In this document: positions 1 through 9,457 of the stretch, piece by piece
How the letters are laid out: every line of letters begins with the position of its first letter
Numbering within the stretch: the first letter of the stretch is position 1
The notes under the pieces: generated by a model
The model's database searches: none
Seen by the model: the letters and a program-made list of their open reading frames with translations, nothing else
Told to the model about the DNA's origin: nothing
Program-made: the position numbers and the translations under genes
From: Chloroflexota bacterium
GTDB lineage: Bacteria; Chloroflexota; UBA6077; JAJPHF01
Length of the DNA: 40,255 bases
Direction of reading: 5' to 3'
Assembly: GCA_019686175.1 (NCBI GenBank)
Contig: JADGHJ010000002.1
Location: 1-40,255 of the forward strand

Positions 1-78
1 CTGCAGCATCGCCCCCCCGGGCGGCTTGCGCCGTCCGCCGACAGCATACCGGATGCGCCGTGTGACGGGACCCGACGA

Positions 79-113
79 AACGAGGGCGCCTGCGGGCTGC
101 GGGCGCCCTCGTT
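79..113 (-). terminator. Hairpin, probable terminator after the VP-repeat gene
   Basis: AACGAGGGCGCC (79-90) and GGCGCCCTCGTT (102-113) form an inverted repeat 15 nt past the stop codon. The U-tail on the minus strand is short. Confidence 0.55.
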
Positions 114-128
114 GTACAACGAGGCGCG

Positions 129-803
<675 letters not shown>

Positions 804-878
804 AATCGTACCTCCCTCCCTTGTCGTTGCGCTCTCGCCCTCCGCCGCCGGAGGGCGCTCGGCACGAGCGCACATGCC

Positions 879-906
879 ACTATACACAACGCGCCGTGGT
901 GAGCAA
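879..906 (-). promoter_or_regulatory. Putative sigma70 promoter TTGCTC-N16-TATAGT
   Basis: Hexamers read on the minus strand upstream of the VP-repeat gene. Confidence 0.4.
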
Positions 907-1036
907 AGTTACGGCAACTCGCGCTGTCGCCTCCGGGACCACAGCCGATCTTGGTTTCCTCCCCCTCTCTATGCGGTCTGGTCCTCGCGGCACCCCTCTG
1001 ACGCAAGCTCCGTACCAGCGCCTGTCTCGACCCACC

Positions 1037-2905
1037 TCAGGCCCGGTCGTCAGGCGGGAGCGGGAGGCCCAGCAGCTCCATCAGCTTCAGGGCGTTGGTC
1101 GAGGTCGCGGGCCCTGGGAGCAGGTGATAGTCGAAGCGCATGACCGGCCCATCCGGCCCGCGCGTGAACTGCTCGCGGAAGTGCACCGGCCGGCACACCG
1201 CGGCTAGCTCGGGGCTGGCCAGGAGCGTCAGGTCGTGCGTCGATACGGCACCGATCGCCCCCAGCGCGACCAAGTGGCGGAGAATGGCCCGCGCCGCGAG
1301 CTGCCGCTCGGCCGTGTTGGTCCCTTGCAGGATCTCGTCCAGAAGGTACAGTAGGACGTGTCCCTCGGCACGTGCCGCCTCAGCCGCGTCGACCACGCGC
1401 TTCAGATCCCGTAGCTCGGCCAGGAAGTACGACACGCCCTGCGCCAGGGAGTCTTGGACACGCATGCTGGTGTGCAGTGCCAAGGGAGGCAGGCGCAGGC
1501 TGCGTGCGCACACCGGGCCGCCCGCGAGCGCCAGCACCACGTTCACACCGATGGCGCGCAGCAAGGTGCTCTTGCCCGACATGTTGGAGCCTGTCACCAG
1601 CAGCACGGTGCCCGGCGGTCCGATGGTCACGTCGTTCACCACACAGTCCGCGGGTGGCAGCAGTGGATGGCCGAGGCTGCAGGCCTCGAGCCGCGGGGGC
1701 CCATCGGTGGTCAGCTCGGGAAAGGTCCACCAGGGATGGTCGTGTGCCAACCCGGCCAGCGCGGCCAGCGCCTCCGCCTCGCCCAGCGCGGCCAGCCAGG
1801 CGCGCACGCTGCGGCCGGCCCGGGCCTGCCAGCGCTCCAGTAGCCAGAGGAAGTGCCAGTCGCTGAGCGTCAGCGCCTCGATAACGGCGTAGAACATGTT
1901 CAGACGCAGGTAGCTGAGCCGCACCGCGCGGCCCAGGGCGGCGATCTCAACGCGCGCCTCGCCAGCCAGACTGCGCTGGAGGTGCTGCAGCTTGGTGCTG
2001 CGCCAGGCCATCGCCGCCAGCAGGGCGAACAGCGCCTGATAGTGCTCGAGCACGCCGGCGTGAGCCGTGGCGCGGGCCAGGAGTTCGCGCACCGGACCGC
2101 CGCGCCAGCGATCGAACACTACGCTGGCGGCCACCACGGCGAGCCACCATGGTTGCTCCAGGACGCCAGCGAGCTGCGCCGCCAGCAGCCCCCACGTGCC
2201 CAGCGGCAGGAGGCGGCTGGCCCACACGAGCCCGCGCCGGGGAGCGAGCCACGGCGCGGCTTCCGCCCAGCTCAGGAACGGTGTAGGATCAGCCCAGCGG
2301 GCGCGCAGCAATCGCGCGCGGACCGTCAGCTCGTCGCGCAGGTCGAGCAGTGGCGCCAGCTCGCGCACGGCCTCCTGTCGCGCGCGGACGGTGGCCGGGT
2401 CGGCCGGCGCCAGCAGCCAGGCGCGCAAGGTGGCCTGGCCGTGCGGGGTACTCCCGCCGCTGAGCAGCTGTTGCAGCGAGGCAGGGCCCAGCAGGTCCAG
2501 GTCGGCCGCGTAGGGGTGGTCAGTGGGGGCGGCAGTATCCGGTGGTGGCGGGAGTGCCGCCCATTGCCGGCGGAGCCGCAGGCGCGCCTCGCGGCTGCCC
2601 TGCCACAAGAGCGCATAGCGCTCGCGCTCCCGCGCCAAGCGCTCCTGATACACGACGAGCGCGGCGAATCCCGCCAGTAGCAGCGCGGCCCCGGCCACGC
2701 CGAGCGGTACTCCTGCCACCAGAGCCCAGATCAGGATCAGCGCCGCGAGGGCAAACACGCAGAGGCGCGCCAGGCCCACGCGCCGCAGGCGCGTATCGAG
2801 CCGGTCGCGCGCCGCGCCGAAGCGCACGCCACGCTCCGCGTACAGCGCCACCAGCGCGTCGACCGCTGCAGGGGGCGCCACGGGCGCCGCGCTCGTCTCA
2901 GTCAC
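1037..2905 (-). CDS. Membrane-anchored MutS-related ATPase (no mismatch-recognition domain)
   Basis: Walker A TGSNMSGKST, SYFLAEL, Walker B LLDEILQGTN, STHD; hydrophobic N-terminal segments; GTG start. Confidence 0.88.
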   Translation of the reverse strand: MTETSAAPVAPPAAVDALVALYAERGVRFGAARDRLDTRLRRVGLARLCVFALAALILIWALVAGVPLGVAGAALLLAGFAALVVYQERLARERERYALLWQGSREARLRLRRQWAALPPPPDTAAPTDHPYAADLDLLGPASLQQLLSGGSTPHGQATLRAWLLAPADPATVRARQEAVRELAPLLDLRDELTVRARLLRARWADPTPFLSWAEAAPWLAPRRGLVWASRLLPLGTWGLLAAQLAGVLEQPWWLAVVAASVVFDRWRGGPVRELLARATAHAGVLEHYQALFALLAAMAWRSTKLQHLQRSLAGEARVEIAALGRAVRLSYLRLNMFYAVIEALTLSDWHFLWLLERWQARAGRSVRAWLAALGEAEALAALAGLAHDHPWWTFPELTTDGPPRLEACSLGHPLLPPADCVVNDVTIGPPGTVLLVTGSNMSGKSTLLRAIGVNVVLALAGGPVCARSLRLPPLALHTSMRVQDSLAQGVSYFLAELRDLKRVVDAAEAARAEGHVLLYLLDEILQGTNTAERQLAARAILRHLVALGAIGAVSTHDLTLLASPELAAVCRPVHFREQFTRGPDGPVMRFDYHLLPGPATSTNALKLMELLGLPLPPDDRA

Positions 2906-3055
2906 TCGTCTCGATGGCCACCATCATGCTCGAACGCCGCCCAACATAGTACACGCCCGCGCAGCTCGCGCGGGCGCCAGTGTGTAGCACAGTAGTAGTC
3001 GATCGTCGTTCCCACGTGCAAGCGGCGGCCGATGGGCGGCTGTGACAGGGCACCC

Positions 3056-5998
3056 CTAGCTACCAGCCGGTTGCCTCGGGGCGCGGTAGGCCTCCGGCGA
3101 CGGCCGGTAGGGGCGGAACAGCCAGAACGGCCGGCGCAGGCCGTCCGGCCCCGGGCCGGGGCGGGCCATCTGCAGCCACTCGCGGTACTGTGCGTGGGCC
3201 TTCGCCGTGTCCACCACCACGTCGCCGTAGCGGTCGTCCGGGCCGGCCTTCTCCACGCGCACCCGCTGGTGCCAGCAGTGCATGCCACTCACCGGGTCGG
3301 GCTGCACGCCGAAGGTCAGGTTCTGGTGGACGCCAGCGTCCTCCCACCACACTTGCGCGCTGTCGGGGTCGTCGCTGGTCCAAGGGCGCACGCCGTGCTG
3401 GTAGCGCAGCCGCCAGCGGTGGCCCGCTCCGTCCGGACTGGGCTCGCGGGTCAGCTCGGCCAGCGCCGACGACCACCGCTCCATGCCGGCGTCCTCGGCC
3501 AGTCGCCAGCGCCCCAGGTGGTGCGAGCAGGCGATCACCCCCGGCATGATCGCCTCGGTCACCCACACGCGGTTGACGTAGTAGCCGATGCTGGTGATCA
3601 CCCGGATCAGGTCGCCGGTCTGCAGGCCCAGCCGCCGCGCGTCGCTGGTGTGCATCCACACCGGGTTGGCGTGCGAGATCTCGTTGAGCCACTTGGCGTT
3701 GCCCGAGCGCGTGTGGATCAGCGTCGGCAGCCGGAACGTGGGCACTAGCGCGAACTCGCCGCGGCTGGGGTCGAGCCGCGAGTGGTGGACGTGGCTGGGG
3801 ATGTAGTTGGGCAGCGCCTCTTCCGGCCAGCCCCACTCCTTGAGCGTGCGCGAGTAGAACTCCAGCTTGCGCGACGGCGTGGGAAACCCGGCGCGTGGGA
3901 CGCCATCGACCATCACGCCGATCGGGCGCCGGCTGGGGTCGAAGCTGGCGCCGATGCTCGGCTTCGCCTCCTTAGGCGGCGGCGCCGGCCGATCGGTAGT
4001 GATCAGCCCCGTGACGGGATCGATCTGCGCGCCCTCCAGCTCGCTGGCCGGCAGCTCGGTCCAGTGGTCGCCGTAGGCCTCGCGCTTCACCTCGAACGCC
4101 GTGTACTTGCGCATGTACTCTAGCGGCGTCAGCCCCTCCGCGGCGGCCGTCTCCGGCAGTCCCGGCACGCTGTGCTCGAACATCCACTGGTAGTACTCGG
4201 TTAGCGTCATCTTCTCGCCTGGGCGGTACGGCGACTCGAAGTACTGGCGGATCCCCAGGCTGCCGTCGGGGTCGATGCGCCACGACAGCTCGATCCAGAA
4301 CTCGCCTTCCTCCCACACCTCGCCCGGGTTCGCCTCGTAGGTGAACTGGAAGCGCTCCCCGCGGCGCTCGCGCGCCACGCGCACCACCGGCTGGCGGAAG
4401 CCGAGCCACTGGCCGGCGTAGGTCTCGTAGCTGAACGTGTCGTGGCGCTCGGGGCCGTGGCCCATCGGCAGCACGTAGTCGGCGAACCACGCCGTCTCGC
4501 TCCAGGTCGGCGTCAGGCAGGCGTGGCACTCGATCTTCGACTCGTCCTGCAGCACCTCGATCCAGCTGAAGCCGTCCGGGTTGGTCCAGACGGGGTTGTA
4601 GACGCGAGTGAAGTACATGGCCAGCTTGCCGCGCCCCTCCTTCAGGAAGTGCGGCAACAGGATGCTCAGCTCGTGGTGCGCCAGCGGGTACTCCAGCGGC
4701 CAGCTCAGCTCGTTCCACACCTTGGGGTGCGGCGGGCGCTTGGGCGGCAGCGGGATGAACTTGTTCCAGAGATTGGGCGCCACGCCGCCCGGGGTGGCCA
4801 CCGAGCCGGTGAGCACGTTGAGGAAGAACAGGGCGCGCGCCACCTGCCAGCCGCCCAGGTTACCCGCCGCCGGCCCGCGCCAGATGTGCGCGGCGAACCG
4901 CGAGCCCGCATCGGCGATCTCCCGCGCGATCCGTACGATCAGCTCCGCCGGCAGCCGGCTCTCCTGCGCGGCGAACTCGGGCGTGTAGCGTGCGTACCGT
5001 GCCTTGAGGAGCTCCACGAACCGCTCGAACTCGACCGGCGTGCCCGGGTGCTCGTGCAGCAGGTATTCTTCCCAGTTCACCCAGCGGCGCACGAACTCGC
5101 GGTCCCAGCGGTCCTCCTGCAGGATCACGTTGGCCATGGCCAGCAGCACCGCCGCCTCGCTGCCCGGCCAGGTCGGCAGCCAGTAGTCGGCGTTGGAGGC
5201 CGTGTTCGACAGCCGGGGGTCCATGACAGCGATCTTGGCGCCGGCCATCTTGGCCTCGACGATGCGCTGCGCGTAGGGGTTGAAGTAGTGCCCGCTTTCC
5301 AGGTGGGCGTTGAGCAACAGCAGGAAGCGGGCGTTGGCGTAGTCCGGCGACGGCCGGTCGTTGCCCATCCAGAAGGCGTAGCCCGCCCGCGCCGACGACG
5401 AGCAGACGTTGGTGTGCGAGTTGTGCGCGTCCACCCCCCACGCCGGCAGCACGCGGTCCATGTAGCCGTCCTCGCCCGGCCGGCCGACATGGTAGAAGAT
5501 CTCCGTGCGCCGGTCCTCCACGATCGCCTGGCGGATGCGCGCGGCGATGTCGTCGAGCACGGCGTCCCAGCTCACGCGCTCCCACTTGCCGCTGCCGCGC
5601 GGGCCCACGCGCCGCAGGGGATACAGGATACGCTCGGGGTCGTTGACCTGGTTGAGCGTGGCCGGGCCCTTGGCGCAGTTGCGCCCGCGGCTGGAGGGAT
5701 GGTACGGGTTGCCCTCCAGCTTGCGGATGGCGCCGGTCTCCTTGTCGATGTAGGCCAGCAGGCCGCACGCCGCCTCGCAGTTGAAGCAGATGGTAGGCAC
5801 GAGCTGGTACGCCCGCTCCACCTTGTGCGGCCAGGCCGTCGGGTCGTACTCCACCCAGTGGTCCCACTGCTCGGGCGGCGGGTACGACACCAGCCCGCTG
5901 GCGCGCTCTGGCGGGTGGGGCTCCTCGGGGATGCGCCCCTCCAGTGGCACCTTGGTCTGGCGCGGGCGCCCTTGCGCGAACCAGTTCAGCTTCACCAT
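3056..5998 (-). CDS. Molybdopterin (bis-MGD) oxidoreductase catalytic subunit, DMSO reductase superfamily, Psr/Phs-like
   Basis: [4Fe-4S] motif CFNCEAAC...NCAKG, RILYPLRR, HTNVC (likely Cys Mo ligand), SETAWFADYVLP, C-terminal dinucleotide-binding domain (IHTRSGN); no Tat signal. Confidence 0.9.
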   Translation of the reverse strand: MVKLNWFAQGRPRQTKVPLEGRIPEEPHPPERASGLVSYPPPEQWDHWVEYDPTAWPHKVERAYQLVPTICFNCEAACGLLAYIDKETGAIRKLEGNPYHPSSRGRNCAKGPATLNQVNDPERILYPLRRVGPRGSGKWERVSWDAVLDDIAARIRQAIVEDRRTEIFYHVGRPGEDGYMDRVLPAWGVDAHNSHTNVCSSSARAGYAFWMGNDRPSPDYANARFLLLLNAHLESGHYFNPYAQRIVEAKMAGAKIAVMDPRLSNTASNADYWLPTWPGSEAAVLLAMANVILQEDRWDREFVRRWVNWEEYLLHEHPGTPVEFERFVELLKARYARYTPEFAAQESRLPAELIVRIAREIADAGSRFAAHIWRGPAAGNLGGWQVARALFFLNVLTGSVATPGGVAPNLWNKFIPLPPKRPPHPKVWNELSWPLEYPLAHHELSILLPHFLKEGRGKLAMYFTRVYNPVWTNPDGFSWIEVLQDESKIECHACLTPTWSETAWFADYVLPMGHGPERHDTFSYETYAGQWLGFRQPVVRVARERRGERFQFTYEANPGEVWEEGEFWIELSWRIDPDGSLGIRQYFESPYRPGEKMTLTEYYQWMFEHSVPGLPETAAAEGLTPLEYMRKYTAFEVKREAYGDHWTELPASELEGAQIDPVTGLITTDRPAPPPKEAKPSIGASFDPSRRPIGVMVDGVPRAGFPTPSRKLEFYSRTLKEWGWPEEALPNYIPSHVHHSRLDPSRGEFALVPTFRLPTLIHTRSGNAKWLNEISHANPVWMHTSDARRLGLQTGDLIRVITSIGYYVNRVWVTEAIMPGVIACSHHLGRWRLAEDAGMERWSSALAELTREPSPDGAGHRWRLRYQHGVRPWTSDDPDSAQVWWEDAGVHQNLTFGVQPDPVSGMHCWHQRVRVEKAGPDDRYGDVVVDTAKAHAQYREWLQMARPGPGPDGLRRPFWLFRPYRPSPEAYRAPRQPAGS

Positions 5999-6117
5999 CT
6001 CCCAGCTCCCCCGCCTAGCAGTCCGTGACCGCTGTATCGCGCTGTATCCCTACCGCCGTACACGGCCGGCCCGCCGTTCCGGGCGGCGGTGCTGCTCGGT
6101 TCACGCGGCACAGCGCA

Positions 6118-7680
6118 CTAGCTCATCGGTACCGACTGCCCGGCCCGGATCCATACGTCCTCGTAGAGCCACAGGCCAGCCAGGGCCAACAGCGCGGCCA
6201 GCCCGCCCAGCGCCGCCGGCGCCCCGGCGCCCACTACCGCCCACAGTAGCAGCGCCGGCACCACCGCGCCCATCAGCACGTAGCCGCCCCAGAAGCGGCC
6301 GGCGTACGGCCCGTGTTTGACCAGCGCCGCGGCAGTGGCGGCATCCTTGTTCGGGTGCAGGGCGTAGTACTCCATGAGCACGATCAGGAGGTTCACCACC
6401 ACGGCGCCGAGCAGCACGGTGGCGAGCGCGCCAGCCAGGGCACTCGCTCGGGGCTCGGCGACCAGCACCCCCAGCAGGAGCGCCGCCGCGCCAGCCATCA
6501 CCGCCGAGGCGAGCAGCTGCGGCAGCAGCAGCGGGCTCTGCCAGAAGTCGCGGCCCTCCGCCTGGCCGAACAGGAACGCGCTGTAGCCCGCCGCCGCCGC
6601 ACCCAGCAGCGCGGCCGGCCACATGAGCGTCCGCAGCAACCCCTCGGCGCCGGCGACGGCGGCGAGCCCCCATAGCGCCGCCAGCACGGTGTACGCGATC
6701 AGGATGTACGCGCCCCAGGGCAGCCACGAGCGCAGGTTGGGCGTGGCCACCACGCGCCAGAAGCGCTCGGGCCGCTTGAGATCCCAGATCAGGAGCCCCG
6801 CCGTGAGCGCCGTGAACAGCAGCGCCAGCAGCGGCGCGCCGAGGCGCAACGTGCCGCCGGCGAAGCCGGCCGCCAGCAGCGGCGCCGCCACCAGCAGCGC
6901 GCCGGCGCCGAGGGCTTTGGTCCACAGATACGCCGCCACCTTCCAGCCCCAGGGCTTGGGGTGGGGTACGTCGTACACTGTGACCGCCCGCGCGCCCGCG
7001 TTGCCCTGTGGTCCCACGAGCGGCTGACCGTCGCGCACCAGCGCACCTTTCGGCTCCAAGTCCACGTCGCGCGGCCCCACCTGCGCCCAGAGGTACATCG
7101 GCGGCTGGAGCGCGAGACCCGGGGTGATGATCGTCTCGTCGGCGCCGACGTAGAACACCTGCGGCCGCGTGCCCTGGTCGGGCCGCCGCACCTGCACCTG
7201 CTCGCGGGCGAGGGTCTGCTGCAGCTCGCTGGTCGGGTCCTCGAGGTCGCCCGCGAGGATCGCCTTGGTGGGACACACTACCACGCAGGCGGGCAGTAGC
7301 CCGCGGTCGACGCGGTGCGCGCAGTAGTGGCACTTGGCGGCCGTGTGCGAGCGCGGATCGATGTACAGCGCATCGTACGGGCAGGCTTGCATGCACGACT
7401 TGCAGCCGATACACGCTTCTGGCGCGAAGTCCACGATGCCGTCGGCGCGCTTGAACAGCGAGCGCGTGGGGCAGATCTCCACGCACGGCGGGTCCTCGCA
7501 GTGCTGGCAGCGCTCGATGGTAAAGTAGCGCCGCGTATGTGGGAACTCGCCCTTCTCAATGTACTTCACCCAGGTACGGAAGCCGCCCAGGGGCACGTCG
7601 TTCTCGGCCTCGCAGGCGAGGGTGCAGGCGTGGCAGCCGATGCACTTGCGGTGGTCGATCACGAAGCCGTATTTGGTCAT
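6118..7680 (-). CDS. Fused 4Fe-4S electron-transfer subunit (NrfC/PsrB-like) and NrfD/PsrC-like membrane anchor
   Basis: CIGCHAC, CQHCEDPPC..C, CIGCKSC..C and KCHYC, then WGWKVAAYLW, DLKRPERFW, SWLPWG and about 8 TM helices. SD GAGGAGG. Confidence 0.9.
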   Translation of the reverse strand: MTKYGFVIDHRKCIGCHACTLACEAENDVPLGGFRTWVKYIEKGEFPHTRRYFTIERCQHCEDPPCVEICPTRSLFKRADGIVDFAPEACIGCKSCMQACPYDALYIDPRSHTAAKCHYCAHRVDRGLLPACVVVCPTKAILAGDLEDPTSELQQTLAREQVQVRRPDQGTRPQVFYVGADETIITPGLALQPPMYLWAQVGPRDVDLEPKGALVRDGQPLVGPQGNAGARAVTVYDVPHPKPWGWKVAAYLWTKALGAGALLVAAPLLAAGFAGGTLRLGAPLLALLFTALTAGLLIWDLKRPERFWRVVATPNLRSWLPWGAYILIAYTVLAALWGLAAVAGAEGLLRTLMWPAALLGAAAAGYSAFLFGQAEGRDFWQSPLLLPQLLASAVMAGAAALLLGVLVAEPRASALAGALATVLLGAVVVNLLIVLMEYYALHPNKDAATAAALVKHGPYAGRFWGGYVLMGAVVPALLLWAVVGAGAPAALGGLAALLALAGLWLYEDVWIRAGQSVPMS

Positions 7681-7740
7681 GGCGCCTCCTCACCCACTCC
7701 CGTCGGCCGCCGCCGAGCGCGGGCTGGCGACTGTGCCCCC

Positions 7741-7807
7741 AGTATAGACGGCCGCCCCAGCGCCGAGAACAAAGAGATGGCGCCCAGGCCATAAGCGGAT
7801 GGTTATG
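7741..7807 (-). promoter_or_regulatory. Putative -10 (TATACT) plus candidate LysR-type site CATAA-N8-TTATG
   Basis: TATACT at 7746-7741. Inverted repeat 7790-7807 is centred about 65 nt upstream of the inferred start site; spacing is T-N12-A, one longer than the canonical T-N11-A. Confidence 0.35.
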
Positions 7808-8714
7808 TGAGGGGTGCGACGCCCGCGCTCTCCGCGAGGTAGGCGCGCACGAACTGGCGGAAGCGCCGCGCCGCTGGAGTCAGGTACTTCGTGGAGCGGT
7901 GCACCAGCTCCAGCGGTCGCTGGAGCCGCAGGCCCTCGACGGCCAGCCGGCATAGCACGCCGCCGCGCACCTCGTGCTCGATGGCGTAGGCCGAGACGAA
8001 CGCCACGCCCAGATTCGCCTCGACCGCCTTCTTCACCGCCTCGGTCCCCACCAGCTCCATGGCCGGCTGCGGGCGCAGGCCGGCCTGCCGCAGCACGCGC
8101 TCGACCGCCTGGCGCGTGCGCGAGCGCGGCTCAGGCACGATCAGACGCTCCCGCGCCAGCTCGGTCAGCGTGAGGCTGCCGGCCGCGGCGCGCGGGTGGT
8201 CGGGCGAGGCGATCAGCACCACCTCGTCGGTGACCACCGGCTCGGCGTTCAGTCGCCGGTCATCGACCGGGCCGCCCACCAGTGCTAGATCGATCAGTGC
8301 AGCGTGGATGCGCTCGCAGATAGCGTCGGTGGCGTCGATGTCCAGTACCAGCTCGACGCTCGGCTGGGCGGCGCGAAAGGCGCGCAGGATGCGCGGCAGC
8401 AGATACATGCCGCCAGTGGTGTTGGCGCCGACGATAAGCTTCGCCTTGCTGGCGTCGCGGATCTCGGCGATCGCCCGGCGTGCCTCGTCCTCCGCGTGCA
8501 GGATCGCCGTGGCCGAGGCCAGCAAGGCCCGACCCGCCTCGGTGAGCGCCAGGGGGGTGGCCGAGCGGTCGAACAGGAGCACGCCGAGGCTCGCCTCGAG
8601 GGCGCGCACCTGCTGGCTGACCGCAGGCTGCGACATGAACAGGGCACGCGCCGCGGCCGAGAAGCTCCGGTGCTGCGTGACCGCGTAGAACACGCGCAGC
8701 TGGTGGAGGTTCAT
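7803..8714 (-). CDS. LysR-family transcriptional regulator (CysL/CbbR-like), 303 aa
   Basis: MNLHQLRVF...SFSAAARALFMSQPAVSQQVRALE HTH; EPRSRTR and EAVKKAVEANLG in the effector domain. True start taken as ATG 8714. Confidence 0.93.
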   Translation of the reverse strand: MNLHQLRVFYAVTQHRSFSAAARALFMSQPAVSQQVRALEASLGVLLFDRSATPLALTEAGRALLASATAILHAEDEARRAIAEIRDASKAKLIVGANTTGGMYLLPRILRAFRAAQPSVELVLDIDATDAICERIHAALIDLALVGGPVDDRRLNAEPVVTDEVVLIASPDHPRAAAGSLTLTELARERLIVPEPRSRTRQAVERVLRQAGLRPQPAMELVGTEAVKKAVEANLGVAFVSAYAIEHEVRGGVLCRLAVEGLRLQRPLELVHRSTKYLTPAARRFRQFVRAYLAESAGVAPLT

Positions 8715-8722
8715 GGTAGTCG

Positions 8723-9031
8723 CTAGTCTCGCGGGGCCTCCAGACAGGTCACGCCCCCGGGGCCGACTCGCGCCGCGTGGGTCGTCCCGGGCGGCAGGTC
8801 GAGCCGGTCGCCAGGGCGGAGGGTCAGCGCCTCGCCGGTCGCGGGCAGCTCGAAGGTGATCTCGCCCTCCAGCACGTACAGGACCTTGTGGTAGGCGTGG
8901 GTGTGCGGGGCGTACTGGTAGTGCGGCCCGTTGCTCCAGGCATGGGGCACGAGTCCCTCCGCGGCGAAGCGGGCGTGCAGGGCCGCCTCGCTCGGGGGAG
9001 CGGTCTCGTGCCAGGGGGTCACGCGAACCAT
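8723..9031 (-). CDS. Cupin domain protein (102 aa)
   Basis: PHTHAYHKVLYVLEGEI...LRPGDRLDLPPGTTH cupin motifs; ATG at 9031. Confidence 0.85.
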   Translation of the reverse strand: MVRVTPWHETAPPSEAALHARFAAEGLVPHAWSNGPHYQYAPHTHAYHKVLYVLEGEITFELPATGEALTLRPGDRLDLPPGTTHAARVGPGGVTCLEAPRD

Positions 9032-9098
9032 GGTCTCTCTGCCTCTCCTGTTGCAGGCTGGTCCGGGCCCGATGGGCCGATAACACCGTGGCCGGCGC

Positions 9099-9135
9099 AG
9101 AGACACGAGAAGGCCCAGCCGACTCGGCTGGGCCT
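9099..9135 (-). terminator. Strong hairpin with pyrimidine tail in the leader upstream of the cupin gene
   Basis: Perfect 12-bp inverted repeat AGGCCCAGCCGA/TCGGCTGGGCCT (9111-9135) followed by TCTCGTGTCTCT on the minus strand. Confidence 0.55.
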
Positions 9136-9293
9136 CGCGATCCTCGACAGCGGAGGTTCGCACAGAAGGCGAGCGCTGCTGCGGCGGCGTGGAGCGGAGG
9201 GCTCCGGTCCCACCGAGCCTGCCACGTGCAGGCTACCCGAGGGGCGAACGCTTCACCGGCAGCGCCGGTCGACTGCCCCGGCCGCGCGGGGCG

Positions 9294-9347
9294 TCATAGC
9301 CCGGCACGCCATTCTCCCATGACCATCCAAGTGAAGCGGTTCTGCAT
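9294..9347 (-). CDS. Putative 17-aa leader peptide MQNRFTWMVMGEWRAGL
   Basis: Strong SD GGGAGGGGAG at 9360-9351; lies about 50 nt after a near-consensus promoter and before a run of hairpins and a terminator. Confidence 0.5.
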   Translation of the reverse strand: MQNRFTWMVMGEWRAGL

Positions 9348-9404
9348 AGTCTCCCCTCCCTTCCGGGTCGCCGGAAGTTCGTGGCTATGCCGACCCTCAG
9401 CCCT

Positions 9405-9433
9405 ATTATAGCCGCAGGCCTCCCGGCTCGCAA
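9405..9433 (-). promoter_or_regulatory. Sigma70 promoter TTGCGA-N17-TATAAT
   Basis: Near-consensus hexamers with exact 17-nt spacing in very GC-rich DNA. Confidence 0.75.
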
Positions 9434-9457
9434 GCGGGGCACCGGGTATGAGCGCCT

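Noticed and set aside
1-9. Possible minus-strand gene start (ATG at 9)
   Set aside because: Only three codons are visible, so it cannot be supported.
9190-9235. T-box-like GGTGGGACC on the minus strand
   Set aside because: The lower antiterminator helix does not pair, no Stem I AG/GNUG boxes are visible, and downstream genes are not typical T-box targets.
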